From contig JAZUAM010000020.1 in the NCBI GenBank assembly GCA_045637985.1, forward strand, positions 66,379 through 130,378: a stretch of 64,000 bases of DNA. Direction: 5' to 3'. Shown here one piece after another: positions 47,318 through 57,155 of this stretch. Made by a program: the position numbers and the translations under genes. Below the pieces are notes generated by a model, which was given only the letters and a program-made list of their open reading frames with translations, did no database searches and was not told where the DNA came from. This DNA is from Alphaproteobacteria bacterium (GTDB lineage: Bacteria > Pseudomonadota > Alphaproteobacteria > RF32 > CAG-239). Position 1 is the first letter of the stretch, and each line of letters opens with the position of its first letter.

Positions 47318-48382
47318 TTACTCCACAATCGTCGGCCAAGGGAAGTTGCCGGCATCAAATTCGTTAAACATCAGGTCGGTAATATATTTTGCAATCAACT
47401 TTTCGTTGAAAAGTTCGTGATATTTCACCCATCCTTTTTTTGCCATTTCCATACGCTCTTCCGGATTGTTGCGGTAATAATCAATCTTTTTATAAAGCTC
47501 GTCTTCGTCCTTATAAAAAGCAATCTCATCTTTGCCAAACAAGTCGCCAAATCCCGTTCTCTCATCCATCAACGCCAATGCTCCGTTACCCATAAGGTGC
47601 GCCATTCTGTCTGATGAATACAAATAATCATGATTACTGCGGTTGATGTTTAACCCCATTGCCGTATTGGAAAATACTCGTTGATATTCCGCACCGACCA
47701 AACTTTCGCCCATAACTCTTGAGAACAAAACTTTGTTCATATCAATATTTTTGCTAATGCGCTCAATAATATCTGATGTTTTCATCAAACGATTATCAAA
47801 TTCTCTGATGCTCTTCGGACTTGATGGAAAAACCAAATCCCATTCCGGATTTTTTATCTCAAAAGCTCTTCCGGTCTCAATCGACTTGTCCGTCGGATTT
47901 GGCATAAATCCGACTTTGTGCTTTTTGCTGTCAAATTGTTGCAACAATTTTCTATCAGCGGTTGTAATAATGGTATAATCCACCAAATCGATTTTTGCTT
48001 TAATATGTTCAATATTGCTCGGAACAATCTCGGGATTAATACAATCAACATTCCATTGCAAAATCTTTGTGTTCGGCAAATCTTTGCGAATGCGCGCCAA
48101 AGTCTCTACCGTAATAGTGTCCGCATGTCCAAATATAATACCATCCGGATTAGTATCGATACAATAACGATAAAACAGCTCATTAAAAGGCTTTTTGCCA
48201 AATTGTTTCAACTTACCGAATACCGAAAACGTACGCAAAATATCCCTGTCCGAAAAATCCAAAACATTATGTCCGTTACGAATAAGTCCATGCGAAATTT
48301 TATATGGCGCAATGTTCATATGTGCGCCGGTGCGCTTTATCAGATTAAAATTTGTGCAATGAATCAGTCTCTTCGGTGTCAT
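47318..48382 (-). CDS. CgeB-like glycosyltransferase family protein (Glyco_trans_1_2-type C-terminus)
   Basis: C-terminal 'EIAFYKDEDELYKKIDYYRNNPEERMEMAKKGWVKYHELF' is typical of the CgeB/DUF3880 family as I recall it. Confidence 0.5.
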   Translation of the reverse strand: MTPKRLIHCTNFNLIKRTGAHMNIAPYKISHGLIRNGHNVLDFSDRDILRTFSVFGKLKQFGKKPFNELFYRYCIDTNPDGIIFGHADTITVETLARIRKDLPNTKILQWNVDCINPEIVPSNIEHIKAKIDLVDYTIITTADRKLLQQFDSKKHKVGFMPNPTDKSIETGRAFEIKNPEWDLVFPSSPKSIREFDNRLMKTSDIIERISKNIDMNKVLFSRVMGESLVGAEYQRVFSNTAMGLNINRSNHDYLYSSDRMAHLMGNGALALMDERTGFGDLFGKDEIAFYKDEDELYKKIDYYRNNPEERMEMAKKGWVKYHELFNEKLIAKYITDLMFNEFDAGNFPWPTIVE

Positions 48383-48541
48383 AACAATATTCTAAACTTT
48401 TACAATAAAAACGTTCGTTTATTCTATTATAAGTAGAAGATTGCATTTAAAAGTTTAGAAGTCAACAATATATTTACTATTAGTTTAATTCGTGCATAGC
48501 GCAATAAAAAAACACCGCATTTTCAATACGGTGCTGTTGTT

Positions 48542-48570
48542 AAAAAAAAGAGCTGCGATTCGCAGCTCTT
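48542..48570 (-). terminator. rho-independent terminator of mlaC (minus strand)
   Basis: gagctgcg (48550-48557) pairs with cgcagctc (48561-48568). The plus-strand A-run at 48542-48549 is the T-run on the minus strand. Confidence 0.7.
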
Positions 48571-48580
48571 TATCTCACGC

Positions 48581-49198
48581 TTATTTTGCTTGTTGTTGTT
48601 TAAGCTTAATGTTCAAATCTTTTATAAGAGCGTCAAGCCCTCCTTTGTTGTTTTTAATAAACGCGGTATACTCACTGCGCGATGCCTGAGCCAAGCTGAC
48701 TCCTTCGATGATAATATCAACAATTTTGTATTGTCCGTTTTTCTCTCTTACACGCCACAAAACTTTTGCCGGCTCGCCCTGATCCATCGGAACAACCGTA
48801 TTAACAAAAACTTGTCCCTTAGAATTCGATGGCGAAGTTCCCTTAAATACAAAATTTTTACCCTTAAATTCATTAAATCTTTTTGACCATGTTGCAATAT
48901 TCAAATCACGATAAACATTAATAAAATCTTTGCGTTGTGCCGGTGTCGCCGTTCTCCAGTTGCGCCCCAAAACAAATTGCCCGATAAAATCCATATCCAA
49001 CGCACCATTCAACAAGCTGTAAAAACGTTTGTCTTTTTCTTGTTGGCTAACATCAGCATTAATTATCTGTTCCACGCCTTCAGCCGTTGTTTTTTTGATA
49101 AAATCTTCGGCCTTTGTTGCATCAACTTCCGCATTAGCTGTCGAAACAATACTTAAAAATGCAGCCATTGCCAATGTCAAAATATTCTTTTTCATCAT
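48581..49198 (-). CDS. mlaC: phospholipid-binding protein MlaC (Ttg2D family)
   Basis: The start at 49198 gives the signal peptide 'MMKKNILTLAMAAFLSIVSTANA'. 'FIGQFVLGRNWRTATPAQRKDF'. Adjacent to mlaA. Confidence 0.7.
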   Translation of the reverse strand: MMKKNILTLAMAAFLSIVSTANAEVDATKAEDFIKKTTAEGVEQIINADVSQQEKDKRFYSLLNGALDMDFIGQFVLGRNWRTATPAQRKDFINVYRDLNIATWSKRFNEFKGKNFVFKGTSPSNSKGQVFVNTVVPMDQGEPAKVLWRVREKNGQYKIVDIIIEGVSLAQASRSEYTAFIKNNKGGLDALIKDLNIKLKQQQAK

Positions 49199-49230
49199 TA
49201 GTTCCGTTTCCTTGTTTGTGTTAAAAAAAA

Positions 49231-49989
49231 TTATTCTTCCCAATCTTCATCAAAATCAAAATCATACGCTTCCGTAGTATCTTCCGAAGCAAAACGACAT
49301 TTTAACTTACGCTGACTTTGCAAATATGCTGAACGCATCGTTGCATAAAAATCAACCGAGTTTTGCTTAAAGTCTTTGTACAAATCCATATAATTTTCTG
49401 CCTTAGCCGTGTACTTAACCGCCATATACGGATATGTAATCTTTGCTTCATAGTTGGCATCATTATACGTCATCCAAAATACCGGATCTGCCGCCGCATC
49501 TGCAACCATTCCCGTAACACCGCGAACACTGCTTCCTCCGACAAACGGCACAACCAAATACGGCCCGTCAGCCACACACCAACTTGCCAAAGTCTGATTA
49601 AAGTTTGTTGTATCCGGCTCAATCCCCCAACCTTGCGCCACATCAAACATACCGCCCAAACCTAGTGTCGTATTTATTGCCACACGTACAACATTTTTTA
49701 CCAAACCCAAAGGCTCAAGTTGCAACAAATGGTTAACGGCCGAAATCGGCTCGTTCATATTTGCCACAAATGAATTAACTCTTTCTCTGATAAACGGAGT
49801 TGTAACCTTGCGATATCCGCGCGCAATCGGAAAAAACACATTTTCATAAACACTGTCGTTAAAGCTGAAAATCTTACGGTTAATTCCTTCATACGGGTCT
49901 GCATCCGTATCACTGCGATGAATACTTGTCGCACAAGCGGAAGTTAACAAAATTGTTGAAACCAAAACCAACTTCTTAATGTTGTTCAC
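49231..49989 (-). CDS. mlaA: MlaA/VacJ family lipoprotein
   Basis: Lipobox 'LLTSAC' and 'DPYEGINRKIFSFND'. Confidence 0.8.
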   Translation of the reverse strand: MNNIKKLVLVSTILLTSACATSIHRSDTDADPYEGINRKIFSFNDSVYENVFFPIARGYRKVTTPFIRERVNSFVANMNEPISAVNHLLQLEPLGLVKNVVRVAINTTLGLGGMFDVAQGWGIEPDTTNFNQTLASWCVADGPYLVVPFVGGSSVRGVTGMVADAAADPVFWMTYNDANYEAKITYPYMAVKYTAKAENYMDLYKDFKQNSVDFYATMRSAYLQSQRKLKCRFASEDTTEAYDFDFDEDWEE

Positions 49990-50193
49990 AGCGTTTCTCC
50001 TGATTCATAAACATATTAACTGAGCTTTATATACCCTTTTTCTTTAATAAAATCAAGTGCGTTTGACAAACAATGTATAATTTTGCTTATTTGTTACAAA
50101 TGTGAAAGATTTTGTGTTTTGCTAAAAAATATTTTTTTTCATAGTATCATTCGCAGAAAAAAACGTAACTATCAGATTTTAAGGAAATGAACT

Positions 50194-51354
50194 ATGTTAA
50201 ATAAACCGGCAAAACCAATACCTTTGTTCGATTGCAAAACCACTCAAGAAGTAATCGGTCAACAAAAATTCTTGGATGCTTTCAAAACAATTCTTAACCA
50301 TGGCGGATATTGTCAAGGTCCTGAGACCAGAGAGCTTGAAACAGCTCTGGCTAACTATTCCGGAACCAAATATTGTGCTACCAATGGTTCTGGTACTGAT
50401 GCTTTGACTTTGGCTCTTATGGCTTGGGGTATTGGCGCCGGTGATGCTGTTTTTGTTTCATCTTTTACCTTTGTTGCATCTGCCGAATGTGTTGCTATTG
50501 TCGGTGCAACTCCGATATTTATCGATTCTGATCCCAATACCTACAATATGGATTTGGCTGATTTGGAACGCGCAATCGAAGAAGTTAAAAAAGAAGGCAA
50601 ATTAACTCCTAAAGTTATTATTCCTGTCGATATTTTCGGTTCTCCGTGTGATTATGACGGAATCAAAGCAATTGCTAACAAATATGGTATGAAAATTTTG
50701 GCCGATTCTTGCCAATCATACGGTTCAGAATACAAAGGTCAAAAAGCCGGCTCAATTGCTGATATGACCGCAACTTCTTTCTATCCGACAAAACCTCTCG
50801 GCGGTTATGGTGACGGTGGTGCAACTTTCACTAATTCCGAAGAAGAATTCGAACTCATCAAGTCTTGCCGTGTTCATGGTATGAGTGCAACAGACCATTA
50901 CGATAACATTCGCCTTGGTATGACCGGTCGTATGAACACATTCCAAGGTGCTGTTTTGTTGCAAAAATTGACTGTTTTTGATGATGAATTAAAATCTCGT
51001 GCTAAAGTTGCCGCTCGTTATGACAACGAATTAGACAGCTACTTCGGCAAACAACAAATTTTACCGAACTGCAAATCAGCATATGCTCTTTATACAATCA
51101 ACTGTGAAGCTCGCGACGAATTAATGGCCTACCTCAAAGAAAGAGGAATTCCTTGTGGTGCTTATTATCCTCGTCCGGTTAACACACAAACTGCTTATGC
51201 AAAATGGAATACTCGTTCTCTTCCGGTTTGCGAAAAGTTGTCAAAGACTGTTTTAAGCTTGCCGATGACACCATATCTTGATAATGAACAATTAGATTAT
51301 GTTATCGGTTGCATGAACGAATTTGCAGCTCAAAAAAAAAGTAAAGCCGCTTAA
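50194..51354 (+). CDS. DegT/DnrJ/EryC1/StrS family sugar aminotransferase
   Basis: 386 aa with 'NGSGTDALTLAL' and the PLP-lysine context 'SFYPTKPLGGYGDGG'. Confidence 0.85.
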   Translation: MLNKPAKPIPLFDCKTTQEVIGQQKFLDAFKTILNHGGYCQGPETRELETALANYSGTKYCATNGSGTDALTLALMAWGIGAGDAVFVSSFTFVASAECVAIVGATPIFIDSDPNTYNMDLADLERAIEEVKKEGKLTPKVIIPVDIFGSPCDYDGIKAIANKYGMKILADSCQSYGSEYKGQKAGSIADMTATSFYPTKPLGGYGDGGATFTNSEEEFELIKSCRVHGMSATDHYDNIRLGMTGRMNTFQGAVLLQKLTVFDDELKSRAKVAARYDNELDSYFGKQQILPNCKSAYALYTINCEARDELMAYLKERGIPCGAYYPRPVNTQTAYAKWNTRSLPVCEKLSKTVLSLPMTPYLDNEQLDYVIGCMNEFAAQKKSKAA

Positions 51355-51384
51355 AACTGTATCAGTATAACAAGGGCGCAATCG

Positions 51385-51420
51385 AAAACTCCGCTTTCTG
51401 CAACAGGCGGAGTTTTCTTT
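51385..51420 (+). terminator. rho-independent terminator after the aminotransferase gene
   Basis: aaaactccgc (51385-51394) pairs with gcggagtttt (51408-51417), then cttt. Confidence 0.65.
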
Positions 51421-51524
51421 ATATACTTTCGGTTTGTCCATCTCACAATTAGGATATTACAGATTAATTTTTTTTATCATCATTACTATATCAAAAATAT
51501 CTCTACCAACAATGAGGTGATGCG

Positions 51525-51965
51525 ATGATAAAAGCATATTGTGACAGCTCATTTGATGACAGAACCGGTGTTGCCGGTATAGGTATTGTGGTTTGTGACG
51601 GAACAAAAAGACGCTTGGTTTCCAACTGGATAACAGCTCGGTCTAATAACGAGGCCGAGCTTTTTGCTATATATCTTGCAAGTATTCTAACCGAAGGGCA
51701 GGGGATTATATATACCGACAGTCAAACCGCTTTGTCATATATTAATGGCGAAATAAAAGACAAACCGCGCAATCACGAGCAATTTTTACGTCACAAACAA
51801 TGTCTTTATTGGGCAACTCTGATAAAACATCGAGGCATCAGTTTAGAAAAAATCAAAGCCCACCAACATGTTTATCAAACCCATTTTATGGGCAATCGTT
51901 TTGCTGATTTAGCCGCCAACGAAGGACGAGCAAAGTTCTACGAGCGGGGAAAAGCACGTCATTGA
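51525..51965 (+). CDS. RNase H-like domain protein
   Basis: 146 aa with candidate DEDD positions in 'YCDSS', 'NNEAELFAI', 'IYTDSQ' and 'FADLAAN'. GAGGTG sits 5 nt upstream of the ATG. Confidence 0.65.
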   Translation: MIKAYCDSSFDDRTGVAGIGIVVCDGTKRRLVSNWITARSNNEAELFAIYLASILTEGQGIIYTDSQTALSYINGEIKDKPRNHEQFLRHKQCLYWATLIKHRGISLEKIKAHQHVYQTHFMGNRFADLAANEGRAKFYERGKARH

Positions 51966-51978
51966 TATTATCGTATTG

Positions 51979-52013
51979 CTATTGACAAAAATATCTTGAT
52001 TTTTTGTCAATAG
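51979..52013. promoter_or_regulatory. perfect 13-bp inverted repeat containing TTGACAAAA half-sites
   Basis: ctattgacaaaaa (51979-51991), a 9-nt spacer, then tttttgtcaatag (52001-52013), between the RNase H-like gene and the 93-aa ORF. Confidence 0.4.
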
Positions 52014-52069
52014 AAGAGTATTATGTGAACATAAATAAAAAAGTATTGTTAAATTAAATCCCCTTAACT

Positions 52070-52351
52070 ATGGCAAAAAAAGAAAAGGAACCTCCTAAAT
52101 TATTAGGGTTACAAAGCTTCCTCAATTTTGCATTAGAACATGGTTATAGAGTAGATATATCATCATATGATATCTATTTGGTAATCAAGAAAACCAAACA
52201 CAAAACCTATCGCTCCTATCACGAAGCAATCAGAGCTTCGCACAAAGACAAAAAAGGGCGCGATGTGGTAGGTTGGTTGGTAAATTTCTCAAAAAGAGAA
52301 AAAGACTTTAAGCCCGACGGATGTGGTTATAAAGTCATAAAAATGAAGTAA
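52070..52351 (+). CDS. hypothetical basic protein
   Basis: 93-aa ORF with no recognisable domain and no clear SD. A GC-rich hairpin (ggcgcca 52359-52365 with tggcgcc 52382-52388) follows. Confidence 0.35.
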   Translation: MAKKEKEPPKLLGLQSFLNFALEHGYRVDISSYDIYLVIKKTKHKTYRSYHEAIRASHKDKKGRDVVGWLVNFSKREKDFKPDGCGYKVIKMK

Positions 52352-52473
52352 TTAATCAGGCGCCACCCGAATAAAACCGGCTGGCGCCATAAAAATGCCA
52401 ATTATGAAACTATTCGTTTACCAAATTTTGAATATTGGTTATTTATTTTTTGACAATTTTGACAAAAAAAGTA

Positions 52474-52502
52474 TTGAACTGTGCTGTTTTTTGTGATATA
52501 TT
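52474..52502 (+). promoter_or_regulatory. putative sigma-70 promoter of the 72-aa ORF
   Basis: -35 ttgaac (52474-52479), a 17-nt spacer, then an extended -10 tgatatatt (52494-52502). Confidence 0.35.
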
Positions 52503-52535
52503 GATGCACATAATAACATATAAATTTAGTATATT

Positions 52536-52754
52536 ATGAAAAAAAATAATTTTACAGCAATGGCTTTGGCTATTGTATCTTTTTATTTAGTAGGAATAGT
52601 AGTAAATTCAGTTGTAGTTGAAATAATTTTCAACTGCGATATGACCACTACACCGATTTGGTCGGGAGCCGGTTTCTTCTTTGCCACTGTGGCGGGAATA
52701 TCGGCCTTCTTGGCAAAAGAAGTGTACTATTTCATAGAAAAAGATAAGCATTAA
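52536..52754 (+). CDS. small two-TM membrane protein
   Basis: 72 aa with two hydrophobic helices ('MALAIVSFYLVGIVVNSVVVEIIF', 'AGFFFATVAGISAFLA'). A terminator follows. Confidence 0.4.
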   Translation: MKKNNFTAMALAIVSFYLVGIVVNSVVVEIIFNCDMTTTPIWSGAGFFFATVAGISAFLAKEVYYFIEKDKH

Positions 52755-52795
52755 CGAGTAAAATCTTATTATAAGACCTCAAGAAAATGCTTATA

Positions 52796-52833
52796 AAAAC
52801 CTCCTGTTACATCTTCGTAACCGGAGGTTTTTT
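52796..52833 (+). terminator. rho-independent terminator
   Basis: aaacctcc (52797-52804) pairs with ggaggttt (52823-52830), then a T-run. Confidence 0.55.
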
Positions 52834-52961
52834 GTCGTTCAATATGTATTTATAAGCAATTTTCAAATTTCACTTCTCAACATTATCTATTTTTATAAAA
52901 CTGTTTTATGTTACAAAAATATGAAAAACCGCTTTTGACAAAATTTTCGACAAACAATTAA

Positions 52962-52990
52962 TTGATGTTTAATCATTTTTCTGATATACT
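52962..52990 (+). promoter_or_regulatory. putative sigma-70 promoter of the 939-aa ORF
   Basis: -35 ttgatg (52962-52967), a 17-nt spacer, then an extended -10 tgatatact (52982-52990). It has the same tgatataYtgat core as the promoter at 52494. Confidence 0.35.
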
Positions 52991-53028
52991 GATTATAAGT
53001 TATGATATTTTTGGTAGGAGTTGAGGTT

Positions 53029-55848
53029 ATGATACTTACATCTAGGGAACTGAGGGCGGCGTATAATAATGGCAATTGCGATTTTGAAATATTATCCTCT
53101 CAAATAGAGGAAGCATTAGGGCAAGAAGGTCTTTCAAATAATCAACGTGATGAAATCGAAAAACTCAAACAAGAAATTGAACAAAGCCGTGTAACCGCAA
53201 AACAAGAAGAAAACTCTAGTAAACAACAAGAAACGGAAGAAGTTACTACTACTCCCAACAGCCCTCATGATGAATTCAAAAAAGCCAAAAACAATGAAGA
53301 ACGCCGAAAAATAGCTATTCAAGAATTTCAAAACGGAGAATTTACACATCAAGAACACAAAGATTTTTTCATTGAACAATATGTCAAAGGTGAAATCGGT
53401 ATCGATAAACAAGATGAAGAAATGCGCTCAAAACTTGAAGATGTTCTGGGCGGAAAAGAAGGGATTCAACAACGCAAAGAGACTTTACTAAAATCAATTG
53501 TTTCAAACTCTCTCAATACATACACTACCACAGCCAGCGGCATGGCTCCTGTTATTGGTAAAGATGACTTTGGTTTATCTGTAGCCAAAGAAGATGTAAG
53601 AAAAAAAGGCAACAAAACAGATTTTGATGAGCTTATGGCAGAAGTAGATCGTTTAGCTCTGTTAAAAAGAGAGCTAGGTACTGATCGAAAAGAAGAGGTT
53701 ACTAAAAGAGAAGAAGAACTTCGCAAAAATTTAGAAGGATTTAAGTCTGGTGAAAAGAAATTAAAATGGCATCAGTTCCGTAGAAAACAAAAATTAAATA
53801 AAGTTGATGAAAAGCTGGATCCCATAGGATATTGGAATGAACAGCGACAACATAATGGCGGCAGTCTTTATGTCCAACTTATGCATAGTCGGGCTATTTC
53901 GCGTGTTAATAATACTGAAAAATATAAAGAAAAACTAAATACTGTAATCGAAGCCAAAGCCATTGATGCATCAACAAAGTGGTTTAGTAAAAGAGTTGGC
54001 GAAAAAATCAAAGCAAAGACGACTATTCTGTTTAGTCGTTCTCCTGAAAAACTGTTGGAAAAGTTTCAACAAAATGCAACAGTATCCGATATGGCAGAAT
54101 ATCAAGCCGATTTGAAAAAGAAAATGACTGCTAAAAATACCGAATACAGTGCAAGTATCCATACTAAAAGTCAAGAAAATGAATACAAAAAATATAATGA
54201 ATATTATGAAGGTTTTTCTAAAAATTTAAATGAAGCAGCAGATGCTAAAGAAAAAGAAACCAAACGACTTGAAAAAGGTATGAAAGGTACCGAACATTCA
54301 TCCGACAAACCGGAAATGGTTGCCAAAAACATAAAATCCAAGCTTGAACAAATCAAGCAGTCTTTTGAAGAATATCAAAAAGACGATGTTGTCTTAAAAG
54401 CTTGGAACAATTTTCATGATGCCAACAGTGATGAAACCGGAAAATTTACGGATACGCAAATTTTGCAAATGATTTGTGAACAAAGCGGATTTGAAAATAT
54501 TGATGGTTTGTTAAAAAGTATGGGGATATCTGAAAGCAAAGTTCAAGAACTTAAAGAACAAATATTAGGTAAATCGACAGAGCAAAAACCAGTCGAGCAA
54601 GAAGTCTCACGCGAACAACCGGCAGATGAAAATACACAAGAAACAACACCGGCAAAAGTAAAAACTGCGGATAATGTTCCGGAGGGAAGTGAACCGCTTA
54701 GTAATACAGCTTTTTATCAAAATAGCAAAAATGAATATGTGTATAATAAACAAGCTGTTTCCAATGGCGAAAATCCGCTTGCCAGTAAAGAAGATCAGAT
54801 AAAAACTTTGCTTACTCAACTTAAAGCTCAAGGTGTTAAAGATATCGAAATTACCGGATTTGATGACAATATGGCAAAGGCCTTTAAGGATGTTTTGGAA
54901 AGTGATGAGTTTAAGGATGTTTTTAATGTTACCAATAAAGAACAATTTGATGAACAAGTAAAAAATGCAGAAAAAGTAGATGAAAGTCATGATAAAAATG
55001 ACGATAAAAAGGTTGGTGGTGAACCCCCAGAAGAAACATTAGAAGAGGTTGTGTTAGGACAAGGTCGCGAAGAACAAGATAAGGTGAAAGTTGCATCAGA
55101 AACAGATAACGAATCACAAGATAGTGAAAATGGTGAAAAAGAAAATAGGAATGACGATAAGTTTCAATCTTTTGAAGAAGTCCAATTATCTGTAGCTTCT
55201 AAAGGTGACAAAGCTGCAGAATTGCTGAAAGTTATGAATGATATCAATACCGGACATTCTAAATATACGGCAAAAGAATTATCCGAATTAGGTTTTGATA
55301 AAAAAGAGACCGCCTATTTGGCAGATTTATCAACAGCTCAAGAACTTGAAGGAGGAAAATCGTCTGTAGAGGTAACTAATGAAGCAAGCAAAAGAGGAAC
55401 TCCAGAACGAGGTAAACAATGGACAGATGAAGATTTTGAAGTATTACAACAAATTAAATCCGAAGAAGGAATTAAAACTTCCTCTGATAAAAGTTTTGAA
55501 AAAGCTCGTGCAGTTGCAGACAGTTTCGCAACGGATGAAGTAGATACAGATAATGCTGAATATAAAAGTCTTTCATCAGAGGAGCAGCAAATTGTAAACA
55601 ATCTTTGTAAATTAAGAAAAGATGTTTCGGAGAAATGTAAGGATGCAAATAATAAAAAAATAGGCACATATAGTGCCGATGATATAAACAAAGCCAGAAA
55701 TCAGGCAAGTAAGTTGGTAGCTAGAGAATTTATTAAAGATAAATTTGAAGGTAAAAAACATGAAGGAATTGATGATAAAAGAACAAACAATCTTTCAAAA
55801 GAAGCTATTAGCAAAATTACACAGCATAATGGAAGTTCTAGAGGATAA
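53029..55848 (+). CDS. large highly charged (E/K/D/Q-rich) hypothetical protein
   Basis: Stop-free for ~2.8 kb. The ATG at 53029 is preceded by AGGAG (53016-53020); the track start at 53002 has no SD. No signal peptide, TM segment or known domain recognised. Confidence 0.6.
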   Translation: MILTSRELRAAYNNGNCDFEILSSQIEEALGQEGLSNNQRDEIEKLKQEIEQSRVTAKQEENSSKQQETEEVTTTPNSPHDEFKKAKNNEERRKIAIQEFQNGEFTHQEHKDFFIEQYVKGEIGIDKQDEEMRSKLEDVLGGKEGIQQRKETLLKSIVSNSLNTYTTTASGMAPVIGKDDFGLSVAKEDVRKKGNKTDFDELMAEVDRLALLKRELGTDRKEEVTKREEELRKNLEGFKSGEKKLKWHQFRRKQKLNKVDEKLDPIGYWNEQRQHNGGSLYVQLMHSRAISRVNNTEKYKEKLNTVIEAKAIDASTKWFSKRVGEKIKAKTTILFSRSPEKLLEKFQQNATVSDMAEYQADLKKKMTAKNTEYSASIHTKSQENEYKKYNEYYEGFSKNLNEAADAKEKETKRLEKGMKGTEHSSDKPEMVAKNIKSKLEQIKQSFEEYQKDDVVLKAWNNFHDANSDETGKFTDTQILQMICEQSGFENIDGLLKSMGISESKVQELKEQILGKSTEQKPVEQEVSREQPADENTQETTPAKVKTADNVPEGSEPLSNTAFYQNSKNEYVYNKQAVSNGENPLASKEDQIKTLLTQLKAQGVKDIEITGFDDNMAKAFKDVLESDEFKDVFNVTNKEQFDEQVKNAEKVDESHDKNDDKKVGGEPPEETLEEVVLGQGREEQDKVKVASETDNESQDSENGEKENRNDDKFQSFEEVQLSVASKGDKAAELLKVMNDINTGHSKYTAKELSELGFDKKETAYLADLSTAQELEGGKSSVEVTNEASKRGTPERGKQWTDEDFEVLQQIKSEEGIKTSSDKSFEKARAVADSFATDEVDTDNAEYKSLSSEEQQIVNNLCKLRKDVSEKCKDANNKKIGTYSADDINKARNQASKLVAREFIKDKFEGKKHEGIDDKRTNNLSKEAISKITQHNGSSRG

Positions 55849-55978
55849 ATGCATCTATTTCAATGCTCGCTTTTTCTAATATAAGGGCTAAAATTTCAGT
55901 AAATATAGATTACAGTGTTTGTGCTTACTATTTGCTTACAGGTAAAATCAAAGAACTGAAAATAAAATATCCTAATAC

Positions 55979-56008
55979 AAAAAAAGCTCCCGATAAAGGG
56001 AGCTTTTT
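55979..56008. terminator. bidirectional terminator next to tRNA-Phe
   Basis: agctccc (55985-55991) pairs with gggagct (55998-56004), with an A-run before and a T-run after. Confidence 0.6.
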
Positions 56009-56014
56009 CAAAAC

Positions 56015-56090
<76 letters not shown>

Positions 56091-56237
56091 ATAGTATCTT
56101 CGTCAGCAGACAGGAAGCTTATAAAACAAAAAAAATAGCTTGTCTAGTAAAATTTTAATAATGTTAGTTATTTTTTTATTTAAATAACATATTCAATATG
56201 ATAGAATGTGTTCAAACATTCAAAAGAAAGATAAAAA

Positions 56238-57155
56238 ATGCAAAATTTTTCACTCCATACCCATACAATAGGTTTTGATGGACGTAATACCGAAGAAGAA
56301 ATGCTGTCAAAGGCGACAGAACTAGGGTGGAGCCATATCGGATTTTCCAATCATTTTATTGTCCATCCTGTAATCAAGGATGCGCCAATGTATCAATATG
56401 CATGTCAAAGGGGGTATGATAACATTTATTCATCGTCTTTTGATGAAGCAATTGCCAAATTTGAAACCCACTACAAAAAAATAGATGATTTACGAAAAAT
56501 AAGTAATATAAACATCTTAAAAGGTATGGAGGTTGATTTTTTTGCGACCGGAGAATGGCTTGAAGGCTTTAATAAAGCTCTAAAACATTTGCAACCGGAC
56601 TATCTTATAGGCGCCGCCCATTTTGTTTTACATAACAATACTCTTTACAATTCTCATGATATAAAAGCAGCATCACCGGTTGAACAAAATATGCTTATTT
56701 ATAAATATTGGCAAAATGAGCGAGCTGTCGCAGAATCCGGCTTGTTTACATTTATGGCTCATTTGGATTTAATGAAAAAAGTCGGCCTCGGACAAGAAAA
56801 CAAATGGCAAGATGAAGAAAAAAAGACTATTCTTGCCATAAAAAAATCCGGAACAATTATAGAATTAAATACTAGCTACTGCAAGTTTGGTAATGAACCA
56901 TACCCAAGCGAGCGAATTATGAAAATGATTGCTCAAGAAAACATTCCGGTTATAATCAGCGATGATGCTCACGCAACAGAACAGTTAGGCAAAAAATTTG
57001 TCGAAACACAAGAATTAGCAACTATGTGCGGGATTACCGAGTTTTGTAGTATGGATAAACAATCATCATCTTCAAAAATACATATTACAAAAGGCAACAA
57101 TACAAATTATTATCTGGACTTTCCGAAAAGTTTTAAGGCTATTTCTTGTAAATGA
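56238..57155 (+). CDS. PHP-domain phosphoesterase (HisJ-family histidinol-phosphatase-like)
   Basis: 'FSLHTHTIGFDGRN', 'MAHLDL' and 'IISDDAHA'. The 3' end overlaps the convergent zeta-like gene by 46 nt. Confidence 0.7.
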   Translation: MQNFSLHTHTIGFDGRNTEEEMLSKATELGWSHIGFSNHFIVHPVIKDAPMYQYACQRGYDNIYSSSFDEAIAKFETHYKKIDDLRKISNINILKGMEVDFFATGEWLEGFNKALKHLQPDYLIGAAHFVLHNNTLYNSHDIKAASPVEQNMLIYKYWQNERAVAESGLFTFMAHLDLMKKVGLGQENKWQDEEKKTILAIKKSGTIIELNTSYCKFGNEPYPSERIMKMIAQENIPVIISDDAHATEQLGKKFVETQELATMCGITEFCSMDKQSSSSKIHITKGNNTNYYLDFPKSFKAISCK

